Positions 30,039 through 41,270 of a DNA stretch of 64,000 nucleotides are shown here, piece by piece (the stretch's first letter is position 1; each line of letters starts with the position of its first letter). The stretch is from a virus: positions 22,934 to 86,933 of the IMG/VR virus record IMGVR_UViG_3300021478_000001; one strand, written 5' to 3'. Both the position numbers and the translations under genes were made by a program. The notes below the pieces were generated by a model, which did not search any database, was not told the DNA's origin, and saw nothing but the letters and a program-made list of their open reading frames with translations.

Positions 30039-30241
30039 TGGGCACTATATTAATGGCGCGAAACGGCAAGAAGTTGCTGTGTGATATATGTAAGACGCCG
30101 CATGAGATTTTGGTAAGCAATACCTTGCGTTATCCAACATGGCATGTCTGTGGTTGGTGTTTTGAAAAAGTAGATGCTTTGGCTGCTCGTGAAGGTCGCT
30201 GGCCAGAAGCTAAAGATTTCTTGAGGTTGGCCAATGGTTAG
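30038..30241 (+). CDS. small CxxC...CxxC zinc-finger protein
   Basis: CDIC...CGWC; translationally coupled to neighbours. Confidence 0.55.
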   Translation: MGTILMARNGKKLLCDICKTPHEILVSNTLRYPTWHVCGWCFEKVDALAAREGRWPEAKDFLRLANG

Positions 30242-30779
30242 TCCTGTCCCAGACATTCGGCTCAATCAGAGCTTTGTTCCACCTTACTATAATGTTTCTA
30301 TAGATTGGGTCCTGCTGCAAGATGGAACGTTGGACGATACGCAAGCATTGGCCACTGCGATTGTTGTGGCACTTGGGACTGATGCACTTGCCGATTTAGA
30401 TGATCAATTACCAGATCCAGATTCTACAGACCGCGCTGGATGGTGGGGTGACTTTGAGTCTGACATTATTTGGAATGCATGGCCTATAGGCTGTAAGCTG
30501 TGGCTTATGCGCCGCGCTGCCATCGAGAGCGTCCAGGCAGGTCAAGGCGCAACTACTGTACGAATTAGAAACTACATATACGATGCTATTCAGCCATTCG
30601 TGGATAATAGAATTATTTCTTCTTTTGATGCTTATGTAGAGCGTGCAGATAGACAAACAATCGTTAGTCGTATTCGTATTTTCAAGGGGCCAACACCAGT
30701 GATTGATATGCGCTACACCATTGCTTGGGATGAACTACAAGCAAATCAACAAGCAAATCCATCTCCTATGGGATTCTAA
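30234..30779 (+). CDS. baseplate wedge protein (Mu gp46-like)
   Basis: LATAIVVALGTD...DRAGWWGD...IGCKLWL. Confidence 0.9.
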   Translation: MVSPVPDIRLNQSFVPPYYNVSIDWVLLQDGTLDDTQALATAIVVALGTDALADLDDQLPDPDSTDRAGWWGDFESDIIWNAWPIGCKLWLMRRAAIESVQAGQGATTVRIRNYIYDAIQPFVDNRIISSFDAYVERADRQTIVSRIRIFKGPTPVIDMRYTIAWDELQANQQANPSPMGF

Positions 30780-30782
30780 ATC

Positions 30783-31892
30783 ATGCCTTGGGCAACTCCT
30801 ACACTGCGAGATGTACGCACTCTAGTGCGTGACAGTATTCGGGCTTTCTTACCTGGAAGTGATGCGACACCACAAAATTCAGTGCTCCGCGTGCTTAGTG
30901 ACGCGCAAGGTGCGCTGACACATTTGACACTGCAATATATAGATTGGTTAGCGCTTCAACTATTGCCTGATACAGCTGAGGAAGAATGGTTGGATCGGCA
31001 TGGTCAAATCTGGCTGGTTAATTCAGACGGTACGACCGGGCGCAAGCTTGCTACCTTGGCGTCTGGCACTTGCGCATTCACAGCGCTCGCCACTGGCAAT
31101 GGCGTTATTCCAATGTTTTCACAACTTACTGGAGCTAATAATATTCTTTATGAAACGATTGAAGAAATCGCTGTCTTGGCCAATGAAACTTCTTCTGGAT
31201 TAGTGAGGGCTGTTGATCCAGGAACTATAGGTAATCAAGTAGTCGGTGCAGCTTTGTCTTTTATCACTCCTCCAGTAAACATTTTCGCAATTGCATTTGT
31301 TGAGACTATGCAAGGCGGTATAGATCAAGAAACTACTGAAGAACTTAGAAGCAGAGTTTTGGAGCGTATTAGAAAACCACCGATGGGTGGTGATAAAGAT
31401 GATTATGAAGAATGGGCGTTGGCTGTGCCTGGAGTTACCAGAGCATGGTGCAGCCCATTAGAAATGGGGATTGGTACAATTACTGTTAGATTTATGATGG
31501 ATGATGTGAATGCTGACAATGGTGGATTTCCAACAGGTTTTGATATTCAAGCAGTCACGGCATATCTCAATACTGTCAGGCCGGTTACTGTTGAAGATTT
31601 TTGGGTCGTGGCACCAATTCCTCAACCTATTGATGTTTTCATTTCTCATCTTAATCCAGACACAGACACTATCAGGGCTTTGATACAGACCAGTTTAGAA
31701 GACATGATATTCCAAAAATCTGCACCAGGACAGACGATCTTTACGGCTTGGAAGTATTATGCCATCATGAACACTCCTGGGGTTATATCATTTGATTTGG
31801 AAGATGTTGTAGATGATGTCATGACATCACCTGGTCATTTAGCAGTGCTTGGAGACATCAATTATGCCAGTGAACCAGTTTCAACTCCTTGA
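30783..31892 (+). CDS. baseplate J-like protein (Mu gp47-like)
   Basis: LLPDTAEEEWLDRH, GGIDQETTEELRSR, PPMGGDKDDYEEWALAVPGVTRAW. Confidence 0.93.
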   Translation: MPWATPTLRDVRTLVRDSIRAFLPGSDATPQNSVLRVLSDAQGALTHLTLQYIDWLALQLLPDTAEEEWLDRHGQIWLVNSDGTTGRKLATLASGTCAFTALATGNGVIPMFSQLTGANNILYETIEEIAVLANETSSGLVRAVDPGTIGNQVVGAALSFITPPVNIFAIAFVETMQGGIDQETTEELRSRVLERIRKPPMGGDKDDYEEWALAVPGVTRAWCSPLEMGIGTITVRFMMDDVNADNGGFPTGFDIQAVTAYLNTVRPVTVEDFWVVAPIPQPIDVFISHLNPDTDTIRALIQTSLEDMIFQKSAPGQTIFTAWKYYAIMNTPGVISFDLEDVVDDVMTSPGHLAVLGDINYASEPVSTP

Positions 31893-32643
31893 TCAGTCAG
31901 ATAAGCATGTTCGGCGTTCTGGTGATGATTATGCGCGCCAATTTCTAGCTCTATTACCCAAGGGGCAAGCGTGGCTTAGAAAATATGGTTCTGACTTTGT
32001 AGATGGATGCTATGGCCTCATGCAGTATTGGGGCTTTGTTGATGCTCGTGCTGCCGATCTGTTGGAACAAGAGTCAGACCCGCGCAAGACTATAGAGCTA
32101 CTTCGTGATTGGGAAATAGCGTGGGGCTTGCCTGATCCTTGCTTGCAAGAGCCGACATCTATAGATACTCGGCGTACTATATTGTTGCAGCGCATGACTT
32201 TGCTAGGTGCGCAGTCGCGTGCATGGTTTGCAGAAGTAGCGGCTAGTCTTGGTTACACCATAGCAATAGGAGAGTATTCTCCTTGGATATGCGGCATTTC
32301 AAGGTGTGGCAATACACCTGTCCATCCTTACGTTTTGTCAGATCCCACATTAAGTCTTGATCCAGATGTATTATTTGACATACAAGAAGCAGGACAACTG
32401 AGCATGCCACGTTGGCAAATTGCTCCTGCTACGATCAGGTTTTATTGGAAGATCTATGTAGATCAAGCTAGATTGACTTGGTTTCGTTGTGGTGTTGGTC
32501 AATGTGGTGTTGATCCTATGCTGATAATTGGATTGGCAACTGACCTTGAATGTTTGATAGGTCGTTGGGCACCGGCACATACCAAAATTATCTATGACTA
32601 CACTAATCTGTCAACTGGCGGCTCGATGGCGGGCACTCCATAG
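31849..32643 (+). CDS. baseplate protein (Mu gp48/YmfQ, DUF2313-like)
   Basis: LALLPKGQAW, ESDPRKTIELLRDWE..WGLPD, LECLI...PAHT. Confidence 0.9.
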   Translation: METSIMPVNQFQLLDQSDKHVRRSGDDYARQFLALLPKGQAWLRKYGSDFVDGCYGLMQYWGFVDARAADLLEQESDPRKTIELLRDWEIAWGLPDPCLQEPTSIDTRRTILLQRMTLLGAQSRAWFAEVAASLGYTIAIGEYSPWICGISRCGNTPVHPYVLSDPTLSLDPDVLFDIQEAGQLSMPRWQIAPATIRFYWKIYVDQARLTWFRCGVGQCGVDPMLIIGLATDLECLIGRWAPAHTKIIYDYTNLSTGGSMAGTP

Positions 32644-32654
32644 AGGAAAATCCA

Positions 32655-34271
32655 ATGCTTTACAATCCTCCATACGGCGTTTCTAATCCTGATGCACCAT
32701 ACGTTAATGGTGACCCGTCTATTGCACAGCAAGGTTCTATCTTACCAGCAGAAGCTGCGGAATTTCCGCAACGTGAAATAGTCAGTGTAATTGCAAACAG
32801 CAATTACATTCCTACCAATAATGATCTTCAACAACTTACCAGGGCGGTTCGTAGTCAGTTTTTAAATTTCTGTGTTGACAATGGCGCTGCTAATGCTTTG
32901 TCAGTGGCGTTGACGCCGCCTCTTACTCAATATCGTCAAGGTTTTCCATTGCGGGTTTTGGTGGCGAATGACAATACTGGACCTGCTACTATCAACGTTA
33001 ATTCACTAGGTAATCGCCAGATCAAACGTGCAAGTGGTGGACAGCTACAGCCTGGAGATATGAAGGCTGGCATGATTGCTTCATTGGTTGATGATGGAAC
33101 GGCATATCAACTACAAAATTATCTTGGGGCTACAGGCGGCGGTATCAACAACACCTATATAACCAAGATTCCTTATGCTGAAGATACCAGCATTGTTCCA
33201 AATCAAGTCATTGCATCTTTTACTCCAGCGATTACGACAGTTAATCCTGGAGACGTAGTTATTGTCAAAGTTAAGAACTTGAATACAGGCGCTATGACTT
33301 TAGCTATTAACGCGCTGGCACCAGTGCCAATCAATCGTAATGATGGCCAGCCTCTTCAGGCCGGAGACATTGGTGCTTTAGAAGGTGTTATGATGGAATT
33401 TAATACGACCTATTGGCAGATGCTGCGATTAGTCAAGAGCCAGACATTTTTCAAGCTAACAACCAACTTGATTGTATATGTGAGACCAGATGGTAATGAT
33501 GCTAATAGTGGCGTGAGCAATGATCCAGCACATGCACTTCAAACTATTGATGCAGCAGTAACCAACATCCAAGCCAACTTCTTACTTGGTGGTCGCACAG
33601 CTACTATTCAATTAGGCATTCCTGGAACATATAACAGACCAGGAGCACCGAGTCCACCAACTACGGATCGTGGAATAAAAATTATGAGTTTGGCTGGAGC
33701 GATAAGCATTGTTGGAGATAAGACCAATAAGGCAAACTATATTGTCAAGGGACCGAAAAAAGGTCCTGTGATAAGTGTCAGTGGTAGTGGCGTCGATGTT
33801 ACCATGCAAGGATGGACGGCCAACATTGTTGACACAACCAACAACATGATTGTTGTGTCCAACAATGCTTCTATACATCTAATGGATATGTCTGGTACTG
33901 GACCGACCTGTTTCGGTTCATTTGTTGCAGCATTTGAAGGTGGTGATTGCACCATGGCCAACACTATAGACCTCTTCAATTCTAGTGGAGGTCTGTTCGG
34001 TGCAGGTGGTGGCTCGAAGTTGACTATTGGTATTTGGAAAACGTTGATTACCGTCCATGGAATTACCGTCAATGCTTTTGTCAACGTTACAGGTAGTTCA
34101 AGTGCTTACATCGCTGCTGGTTATTGCTCGTTTTCTGGTGCTGCTTATGGTTATCGTTATCTTGCATCAAGCGGTGGTCAGATTCAAGTCAATGGTGGTG
34201 GTCCTTACTATCTGCCGGGGAGTATAGATGGTAAAACTGATTATCCATTGTCTGGTAGTTCTTATCAATAA
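32655..34271 (+). CDS. tail fibre protein
   Basis: QREIVSVI...NDLQQL N-terminus; duplicated NTG..T..IN.L module; YVRPDGNDANSG...LQTI motif. Confidence 0.8.
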   Translation: MLYNPPYGVSNPDAPYVNGDPSIAQQGSILPAEAAEFPQREIVSVIANSNYIPTNNDLQQLTRAVRSQFLNFCVDNGAANALSVALTPPLTQYRQGFPLRVLVANDNTGPATINVNSLGNRQIKRASGGQLQPGDMKAGMIASLVDDGTAYQLQNYLGATGGGINNTYITKIPYAEDTSIVPNQVIASFTPAITTVNPGDVVIVKVKNLNTGAMTLAINALAPVPINRNDGQPLQAGDIGALEGVMMEFNTTYWQMLRLVKSQTFFKLTTNLIVYVRPDGNDANSGVSNDPAHALQTIDAAVTNIQANFLLGGRTATIQLGIPGTYNRPGAPSPPTTDRGIKIMSLAGAISIVGDKTNKANYIVKGPKKGPVISVSGSGVDVTMQGWTANIVDTTNNMIVVSNNASIHLMDMSGTGPTCFGSFVAAFEGGDCTMANTIDLFNSSGGLFGAGGGSKLTIGIWKTLITVHGITVNAFVNVTGSSSAYIAAGYCSFSGAAYGYRYLASSGGQIQVNGGGPYYLPGSIDGKTDYPLSGSSYQ

Positions 34272-34277
34272 AGAGAA

Positions 34278-34673
34278 TTGAATATGAGCTCACTCCTAGC
34301 AATGCCGTTGGTGGCGCTGACTATTGAAGTTGGCAATAATGAAGACTGGATTGATAGCATAGTCTATTGTGTGCCACCACCGACAGATCCTACAGCACCG
34401 CAACTAGATTTGCGTGGCATTGATTTTGAAATGGAACTGCGTAAGCATGCAGAGGACCATGAAGTTTCCTTGAGTGCTTCAACAAAAGCTGGAACAATTC
34501 AAATAGGATTGCCACCAAACTTTGGTTATCTAATATTCTATGTGCCATACAAAGACACCATGCAATATATGGCTCCTGGAGATTACGTTGGTGACATTGT
34601 AGGAAACGATGGTCAGTATCAACGACGCGTTGCCAATATCTTTCTTACAATTGATGAAGGCATTACTCGGTGA
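34278..34673 (+). CDS. fibre-associated/baseplate upper protein-like
   Basis: [13 protein letters not shown]...GDYVGDI...EGITR pattern. Confidence 0.55.
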   Translation: MNMSSLLAMPLVALTIEVGNNEDWIDSIVYCVPPPTDPTAPQLDLRGIDFEMELRKHAEDHEVSLSASTKAGTIQIGLPPNFGYLIFYVPYKDTMQYMAPGDYVGDIVGNDGQYQRRVANIFLTIDEGITR

Positions 34674-36178
34674 CTATTAAAGACATAAGCATTGGCACCA
34701 ACGCGCCGCTTGCTGCCGTCTTCGTCGCACCATATGCGCCGCCTGGACCTGTGATGGCCGGGACAAGTTCAAGCATGGTCCAAATTCAATATGGACCGGC
34801 AGCTTTTGTGATGGAAGAGTTTGGTCTTGGCTTTGTTGGTGGTGCGCGTGTCCGCGCGAGTGCTGGATATCAAATCTATATTGAAGGTGTTGTCATAAGT
34901 TATGACGAACCTAATCTAGTTATAGATGTTGATTTTTTGATGGGCTTTGGTTTTCACAATCAGTGGAATATAAATGTTGCTGGTCAGCCTGGAGCAACAG
35001 GTCCACAAGGATTAGTTGGTTCGACTGGCATTGCTGGCATAGCATTAGGCGTGACTGGCCCACGAGGAGCAACTGGTCCAACAGGCCCGATTGGCGTAAC
35101 GGGTCCAACCGGTCCACGAGGACCAACAGGCCCATCGCTAATTGGTGCTACAGGTCCAACGGGTATTGTTGGTCCTTCTGGACCATCTGGTCCTCCAGGA
35201 GCTTCAGGTGGTGCAACAGGTCCGACTGGTCCTGTAGGTTATGGTGGTCCAACAGGACCCTCTGGTCCTTTGGGAACAACAGGCATTGTTGGACCATCAG
35301 GATCAATAGGATTGAAAGGTCCAACTGGTCCAATAGGCCCGACTGGTCCTAATGGTGCATCTGGCTTGATTGGTTCTACTGGCACGACTGGCGTTACAGG
35401 AAAAATAGGAGGTGCGACAGGACCAATAGGTCCTCGTGGTGCTACCGGACCGATTGGTCCTCAAGGTCCAATGGGGACACCTGGTGCAAGTGGCACGTCA
35501 GGAATAAATGGTCTTGGATTTACCGCGTGGTGGGGTGGCACGATTACGCCAACACAGACGGCAAACCCGAGTAGCCTTGATGCCACTGCTGATACGATTA
35601 CTTGGGCTAGTCCACATGGAATTACGACCGGTCAATTTGGGTACATCAACGGTACGGCTCCTACAGGACTCAACGGCGGCAGAGGTTATTATCTTCGAGC
35701 TCTATCGACGACCATGCTGGCATTGTATCCAACATTGAACGACGCCAAGAACGACACTAATCGTATCAACTTTACTGGCACCGGCAAGGCTTGGAACCTT
35801 CGAGTGTGGGTGTATTCCAATGTTATTAGTAGTGGATTTGATACTACTTGTCCGATAGGAGGTGATACCTCAGACAACACTCTCCGACCGGAGCTGAACT
35901 TGAGTCAGCCGCTGGTGTCTCTTCATGCCATTGTTATTATTTCAAGAGTCAATATAGTTGGTGTTTCTAATTTCACCAGCGGTTTTAAAAGTTATTGGGT
36001 TCCTGGAAATGCTCCGACAATCGTTAGCACTACATTGATTCGTTTTGATAATGATGTGTGGGTTGCTAATCCAAGCAATGCTTGTGATGTCAATAATGGT
36101 GGTCCAAGTCAGATTGTTGGTAGTCATGCTCAACAAGGGACTAGCGATATGTACTTTGAATTTGCTGTGATCGGATGA
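34670..36178 (+). CDS. collagen-like fibre protein A
   Basis: G-P-T-rich Gly-X-Y tract between globular domains. Confidence 0.85.
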   Translation: MTIKDISIGTNAPLAAVFVAPYAPPGPVMAGTSSSMVQIQYGPAAFVMEEFGLGFVGGARVRASAGYQIYIEGVVISYDEPNLVIDVDFLMGFGFHNQWNINVAGQPGATGPQGLVGSTGIAGIALGVTGPRGATGPTGPIGVTGPTGPRGPTGPSLIGATGPTGIVGPSGPSGPPGASGGATGPTGPVGYGGPTGPSGPLGTTGIVGPSGSIGLKGPTGPIGPTGPNGASGLIGSTGTTGVTGKIGGATGPIGPRGATGPIGPQGPMGTPGASGTSGINGLGFTAWWGGTITPTQTANPSSLDATADTITWASPHGITTGQFGYINGTAPTGLNGGRGYYLRALSTTMLALYPTLNDAKNDTNRINFTGTGKAWNLRVWVYSNVISSGFDTTCPIGGDTSDNTLRPELNLSQPLVSLHAIVIISRVNIVGVSNFTSGFKSYWVPGNAPTIVSTTLIRFDNDVWVANPSNACDVNNGGPSQIVGSHAQQGTSDMYFEFAVIG

Positions 36179-36185
36179 GGCAGAT

Positions 36186-37694
36186 ATGACAGTTAAGGAT
36201 ATAAGTGTAATTACAACTGCACCTCTGGCGGTAGTTTACACTGCGCCTTTTGCGCCGCCTGGACCTGTGATCGCTGGGACCAGCAATAGCACTGTCTCCA
36301 TTCAGATGGGGCCAGCTTCGTTTGTGATGAATGAATTTCATCTAGGCTTCCTTGATGGTGCTAGGTTAAGAGCGACTGCTGGAAGCAATTTGTTTGTTGA
36401 AGGTATTGTCACCAGCTATGACGAGCCTGATCTAGTTATCAATGTTGATTTTTTAATGGGAGTAGGATCATTTCCAGCATGGAATATCAATGTTGTAGGT
36501 TATCCTGGACAGACAGGCTCGGCGGGACCACAAGGTCCGCAGGGTGTTCCTGGCACTCCTGGCGGTGCGACTGGACCTACAGGTCCAACTGGACCGGCCG
36601 GTCCACAAGGTCTTAATGGTGCAATCGGACCTATTGGTCCATCTGGCCCTACTGGTCTTGTTGGTGCGACTGGTCCACAAGGTGTAGATGGTTCTCCTGG
36701 TGGTCCTGGTCCTCCTGGCACTCCTGGCGGAGCTCAAGGAGTTGCTGGTCCAACTGGTCCTGCCGGTGCTATTGGCGCGACTGGTCCGCAAGGTTCACAA
36801 GGCCCAAGTGGTCCTACTGGACCGAGTGGTCCTATTGGTACAACAGGACCGTTCGGTCTTCAAGGACCAACAGGAATGACTGGTCCACAAGGTATTCAAG
36901 GAGTGACTGGACCATCAGGTCCAGCTACAGGAGCAACTGGACCAACTGGACCTGTGGGAACAACAGGTCCGCAAGGACCGCAAGGCGCAGCGGGTACTCC
37001 TGGCACCAGTGGTATACCAGGAACGAACGGTCAGGGATTCAAGGCGTATTGGGCCGGAACGATCACGCCGACTGACGGTGTCAATCCAAGCAGCGTTGAT
37101 AAAGTCAATTACGTTGCTACATGGGCAAGTCCGCATGGTTATGTCACTGGTCAGTTTGGTGTAATCATTGGCACGCCTCCAAGTGGCTTATCTGTTAATA
37201 CGGGATTATACGTTAGAGCACTGAGCCCGACTACGCTTGCATTCTACAACGTGCAGAGTGATGCCTATGCTGATACTAATCGTGTGGCAATCACTGGTAC
37301 GGCAGTAACTTGGCATATACGTCAGTGGGTTCTTACTCCAGCTCTCAGTGTTGGTTTCGACCCTGTTCAGGCAATTGGTGCTCAACAAGGTACCGGCAAG
37401 ATTTATCCTGAACTGAATTTGACAAATCCGCTGACAACACTCAACGCTATCACTATCATAGGTCGTGTCAACGGTCTTGCTGCCAATGATGGCTCCAAGC
37501 AATCATATTGGATTCCTGGAAATGCTCCGACAATCGTCACGACCACCTTAATCCGTTTTGACAACAACAATTGGGTCGTTAGTCCCAGCTTGTATGTGCC
37601 ATCTCAAACTGGTGGCTATCCATCTCAAGGTATTGGTACTCATAATCTTCAAGGCAATACCCCAATTTGGATGGAGTTCACAGTCCTAGGTTAA
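36186..37694 (+). CDS. collagen-like fibre protein B (paralogue of A)
   Basis: Same length (502 aa) and shared N- and C-terminal motifs, e.g. [19 protein letters not shown]. Confidence 0.85.
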   Translation: MTVKDISVITTAPLAVVYTAPFAPPGPVIAGTSNSTVSIQMGPASFVMNEFHLGFLDGARLRATAGSNLFVEGIVTSYDEPDLVINVDFLMGVGSFPAWNINVVGYPGQTGSAGPQGPQGVPGTPGGATGPTGPTGPAGPQGLNGAIGPIGPSGPTGLVGATGPQGVDGSPGGPGPPGTPGGAQGVAGPTGPAGAIGATGPQGSQGPSGPTGPSGPIGTTGPFGLQGPTGMTGPQGIQGVTGPSGPATGATGPTGPVGTTGPQGPQGAAGTPGTSGIPGTNGQGFKAYWAGTITPTDGVNPSSVDKVNYVATWASPHGYVTGQFGVIIGTPPSGLSVNTGLYVRALSPTTLAFYNVQSDAYADTNRVAITGTAVTWHIRQWVLTPALSVGFDPVQAIGAQQGTGKIYPELNLTNPLTTLNAITIIGRVNGLAANDGSKQSYWIPGNAPTIVTTTLIRFDNNNWVVSPSLYVPSQTGGYPSQGIGTHNLQGNTPIWMEFTVLG

Positions 37695-37707
37695 ACAGGA
37701 GAAAACA

Positions 37708-37941
37708 ATGAGCGCGAATCCTTCGGCAACACTTACAAAATCAGTGACACCGTTTGCCACTGCTGGATCAATACCAGTGACAGATATCAATGCAGCCTAT
37801 GCTGATTTCATAGCGATCGTACCAGAAGCTCAGACCATGCATGACAATGATGTCACTGATATGGTTGAGTCGTTGCAACTGCACCGGAACCATATCCAGA
37901 CTTGGCAAACACAGATTCTAAACAATACGACAACGTCATGA
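37708..37941 (+). CDS. hypothetical protein
   Basis: AGGAG RBS. Confidence 0.6.
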   Translation: MSANPSATLTKSVTPFATAGSIPVTDINAAYADFIAIVPEAQTMHDNDVTDMVESLQLHRNHIQTWQTQILNNTTTS

Positions 37942-38147
37942 GCAACGGCACAGTAGGCGGCACTGATTGGTTGAACAGTCAACGTGATGCTGTTTATGTG
38001 CCTAATCGAGAACTGACTGTGCAGCGGCGTCTGCAGATAACTTACCGAATCATGCCAGTATATCTATCACTGACGCCGCCAGGAGCACCACCTTCACCAT
38101 TCCAATCGCCATTCCAACCTCCATTTTTGATAGGAACTGATCAATGA
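37902..38147 (+). CDS. hypothetical protein (likely start about 37938)
   Basis: ORF coupled to neighbours. Confidence 0.5.
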   Translation: MANTDSKQYDNVMSNGTVGGTDWLNSQRDAVYVPNRELTVQRRLQITYRIMPVYLSLTPPGAPPSPFQSPFQPPFLIGTDQ

Positions 38148-39334
38148 GGTTTCACGCGCTTGGCATTCCGCACACTGCAACTAACAAGTGGCACGCCAGT
38201 TGTGCTTACACGCAGAAGGTAAGGCGACTATGTGCTATGCTCAAATCACTTGGTCATACTGTCTATCACTATGGCAACGAAGAAAGTGAAGTTGAATGTG
38301 ATGAACATATATCTGTGACAACGCGTGAAGATCTGATCAAGCAGTATGGTGATGGAGTTGGCAGAACACAAGAATACAAGTTTGACATCAAGGATCCGGT
38401 CTACATTAAATTTTACATCAACACCATCAATGCTATTAATGAACGCAAGCAAGCAAATGATTTCTTGCTGTGCTTCTGGGGTGTTGGTCATAAAGCTATT
38501 GCCGAACTTATGACCGATATGATTGTCGTAGAACCGGGTATCGGCTATGGTGGCACATTTGCCCGCTGGAAAATCTTTGAATCCTATGCCATGTTGCACG
38601 CCTGGAGCGGGATAGAAGTGGTAAACGTAGCTGGCAAGGTTGACTGGTACAATGTAGTGATCCCAAACTATTTTGATCCTGCGGATTTTACCTTTAGCAG
38701 TGATAAGAAAAATTATCTGTTGTTCCTTGGTCGTATGGGAGAAGCTAAAGGATTAGATATTGCTGCTGAAGCTGCCAAGGCAACCAACACTAGATTGATT
38801 GCAGCCGGAGCAGCATCTGGTGAATATAAAGATGTTGAGTTTGTAGGTTTCGCAGACTGGGAAACTCGTCGTGGATTATTGGCTGGTGCCAAGGCGCTGA
38901 TAGCACCGAGTCGTTTCATAGAGCCATTCTGTGGTGTGCTGATAGAGGCTGCTCTTTCTGGGACACCAGTGATAACTATTGATTGGGGCGCGGCCACTGA
39001 AACAGTATTGCACGGGATAACCGGATATCGCTGCAGAACCTTTGACCATTTCACATGGGCGGTCAATAACATTCATCACATCAAGCCACAAGCTTGCTTG
39101 GATTGGGCGCAAGCCAATTATTCCATGGACCGTGTGCGTTTTATGTATGAAGAATATTTCAACACGGTGATGGACGTGTATGTTGGCAAAGGATGGTATC
39201 AACGGCATCCCAACCGAACAGAACTAGATTGGTTAAGCAAAGAGTTCCCCAATGACAAACTGTCGTTTTTGCGGCCAAGTCAGAAAGACCATCGGCCGCG
39301 TCTATTCCAAAATCATAAAGCCGAGGCGATCTAA
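38144..39334 (+). CDS. glycosyltransferase, GT-B fold (family 4-like)
   Basis: VVIPNYFD, LLFLGR...KGLDIA, PSRFIEPFCGVLIEAALSGTPVI, ETVLHGITG. Confidence 0.9.
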   Translation: MRFHALGIPHTATNKWHASCAYTQKVRRLCAMLKSLGHTVYHYGNEESEVECDEHISVTTREDLIKQYGDGVGRTQEYKFDIKDPVYIKFYINTINAINERKQANDFLLCFWGVGHKAIAELMTDMIVVEPGIGYGGTFARWKIFESYAMLHAWSGIEVVNVAGKVDWYNVVIPNYFDPADFTFSSDKKNYLLFLGRMGEAKGLDIAAEAAKATNTRLIAAGAASGEYKDVEFVGFADWETRRGLLAGAKALIAPSRFIEPFCGVLIEAALSGTPVITIDWGAATETVLHGITGYRCRTFDHFTWAVNNIHHIKPQACLDWAQANYSMDRVRFMYEEYFNTVMDVYVGKGWYQRHPNRTELDWLSKEFPNDKLSFLRPSQKDHRPRLFQNHKAEAI

Positions 39335-39654
39335 TGAAAAATTCAGCAAACAGAATAGAGAAAAAACTATTCGTGATATTCTGCGTGCTGCTAGGCGTCA
39401 CGGTTAGTGCTAACGCTAAAGATTACAAGCTGAAAGATTTCAGCATTAAGGATGTGGAAACACGGTGCCAGAAAGTGCATGGTGAATTTATTGCGCATGA
39501 TGACGGCTCATATGGCTGTACTTATTCCAAGGGCACTGTATCGTGCAACGCGGAACAGCATTGCATCGGGCATTTGAAGGAACATCATAAAGCCTACAAG
39601 ATTCGGCCTAAGCCACACTACTATCCTCACTATAACCATTGGTATCAGTGGTAG
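39334..39654 (+). CDS. signal-peptide-bearing Cys-rich small protein
   Basis: Hydrophobic N-terminus ending ANA; four Cys in the mature part. Confidence 0.55.
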   Translation: MKNSANRIEKKLFVIFCVLLGVTVSANAKDYKLKDFSIKDVETRCQKVHGEFIAHDDGSYGCTYSKGTVSCNAEQHCIGHLKEHHKAYKIRPKPHYYPHYNHWYQW

Positions 39655-39670
39655 AAACAGGAGCGCTCAA

Positions 39671-40363
39671 ATGACAACTTATGATCGCGTTGTTATATCT
39701 TCTGGTCACGGCAAATATGTGCGTGGTGCCGCTGGCGTGCTTGATGAAGTTGATGAAGCACGTCGTGTAGTTGAGGCAGTTGCTGAGGAACTGCGCAAAC
39801 GAGGTGTGGATGTTGATACTTTCCATGATGACACTTCGCATTCACAGAATGAAAATCTTAATACCATTGTCAATCATCACAATAATCAGACAAGAGATCT
39901 TGATGTATCAGTTCACTTCAATGCCTATGTGGAAACGACCAAGCCTATGGGTACCGAGGTGCTGTACGTTACCCAGAATACACTTGCTGATCAAATGTCT
40001 AGGGCTATTGCTTCTGTCGGCTTTATCAACCGCGGTCCCAAGAAACGTACAGACTTGTTTTTTCTAAACAACACGGAAGAGCCGGCGATCCTGCTGGAAG
40101 TCTGTTTCGTGGACAGTACCGTGGATGCCAACATCTATGACGGTGAGTTCGATGCCATCTGCAACGCCATTGCTAATGTGCTTGGTGGTGCGGAAGAGGC
40201 TCCGGCACCTGAACCACCTCCTGGGGAAAAGCCGCCAACTGTGCAGCCACCAACAGAAGTCAGCAAAGTCAACATTCAAATTGCTGTCACTGGCAATGTG
40301 GAAGTAACTGTGAACGGTGAACAGATTGAAATTGTTGGCCATGGAAGAGGTCCAACTACATGA
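39671..40363 (+). CDS. N-acetylmuramoyl-L-alanine amidase (Amidase_3) endolysin
   Basis: ISSGHG, E, VSVHFNA, GTEV, AILLEVCFVD. Confidence 0.92.
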   Translation: MTTYDRVVISSGHGKYVRGAAGVLDEVDEARRVVEAVAEELRKRGVDVDTFHDDTSHSQNENLNTIVNHHNNQTRDLDVSVHFNAYVETTKPMGTEVLYVTQNTLADQMSRAIASVGFINRGPKKRTDLFFLNNTEEPAILLEVCFVDSTVDANIYDGEFDAICNAIANVLGGAEEAPAPEPPPGEKPPTVQPPTEVSKVNIQIAVTGNVEVTVNGEQIEIVGHGRGPTT

Positions 40364-40563
40364 GCTGGACCAATCTAGATTCAGCTCATCGGCATTCCGC
40401 GCACGCTCTTGAAGATTTCAAAAAGCTGCGCGATATGGTACGTGATAGGCGTGCTGCTAGTTTGCTGCACAGCCTATCGCACCATCTGCGCCATGCTGTC
40501 TATCGTGTTGGTGAAGAGCTGCCGCCGCACCATTGGCGTGAAATCCCTGAGAGGGACCAATGA
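40360..40563 (+). CDS. hypothetical protein
   Basis: ATGA-type coupling on both sides. Confidence 0.5.
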   Translation: MSWTNLDSAHRHSAHALEDFKKLRDMVRDRRAASLLHSLSHHLRHAVYRVGEELPPHHWREIPERDQ

Positions 40564-41270
40564 CAAAATTAGCAATCTTAATCTGTTTGTTGTCAACAAC
40601 AGCATATGCACAGAACACTCGCGTCTGGGGATTATATGGCTATGGTGATAACTGGCACGGAACGTCGAGAGGCATTGATGAAATTGCGGATGAAGCACGT
40701 ACAATCCCAGGAGTCGAGTTCGTTCATGTGTTTAACTATTGGCAGACGCAGGACGTTGCGAATGAGATTCTGGCTTCGCCTCCGGATATTAAGATCGCAA
40801 TCTATGGCTATTCTTGCGGTGCTAACGCGATGACCACTATTGCCAAGGGATTGGATGGACAGCGCAACATAGATACCCTCGCCGGTATCCAACAAAGCTT
40901 ATGGTGCGGCGGCGATTATCTGGGCGGAAACGTGATCTATGGACAAATGACCTATGGAGGCTGTGGTCAAACTCTTGGTCTTGGTTGCAAAAAGTTGATG
41001 GCCAATCAAAGTTTCAATGGTACCATACTAAACATTCGTCGTCCTGATCTGCACAGCCAAGCAGATAATGATGAAGATGCCCAGATGGATGTACTCAGCG
41101 CAATCTACGAAACTGCTGCACCGCCTCCTGCTGAGTCCCCGGAGTGGGAACATTATGGCCATGGTCATGCGCTGGCCCGACAAGGACTAGCAACGATGCT
41201 GAAAGGTGCGGTCCTATTCAAGAAAGGTGTTCACGAAATTGTTTGCTATCATAAAGGATGTTCTCAATGA
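40560..41270 (+). CDS. secreted alpha/beta-hydrolase-like protein
   Basis: Signal peptide; nucleophile elbow IYGYSCGA. Confidence 0.6.
   Translation: MTKLAILICLLSTTAYAQNTRVWGLYGYGDNWHGTSRGIDEIADEARTIPGVEFVHVFNYWQTQDVANEILASPPDIKIAIYGYSCGANAMTTIAKGLDGQRNIDTLAGIQQSLWCGGDYLGGNVIYGQMTYGGCGQTLGLGCKKLMANQSFNGTILNIRRPDLHSQADNDEDAQMDVLSAIYETAAPPPAESPEWEHYGHGHALARQGLATMLKGAVLFKKGVHEIVCYHKGCSQ

Noticed and set aside
34670-37694. Diversity-generating retroelement template/variable repeat pair in the fibre paralogues
   Set aside because: Differences in the segment compared are mostly synonymous rather than adenine-specific, and no reverse transcriptase is present
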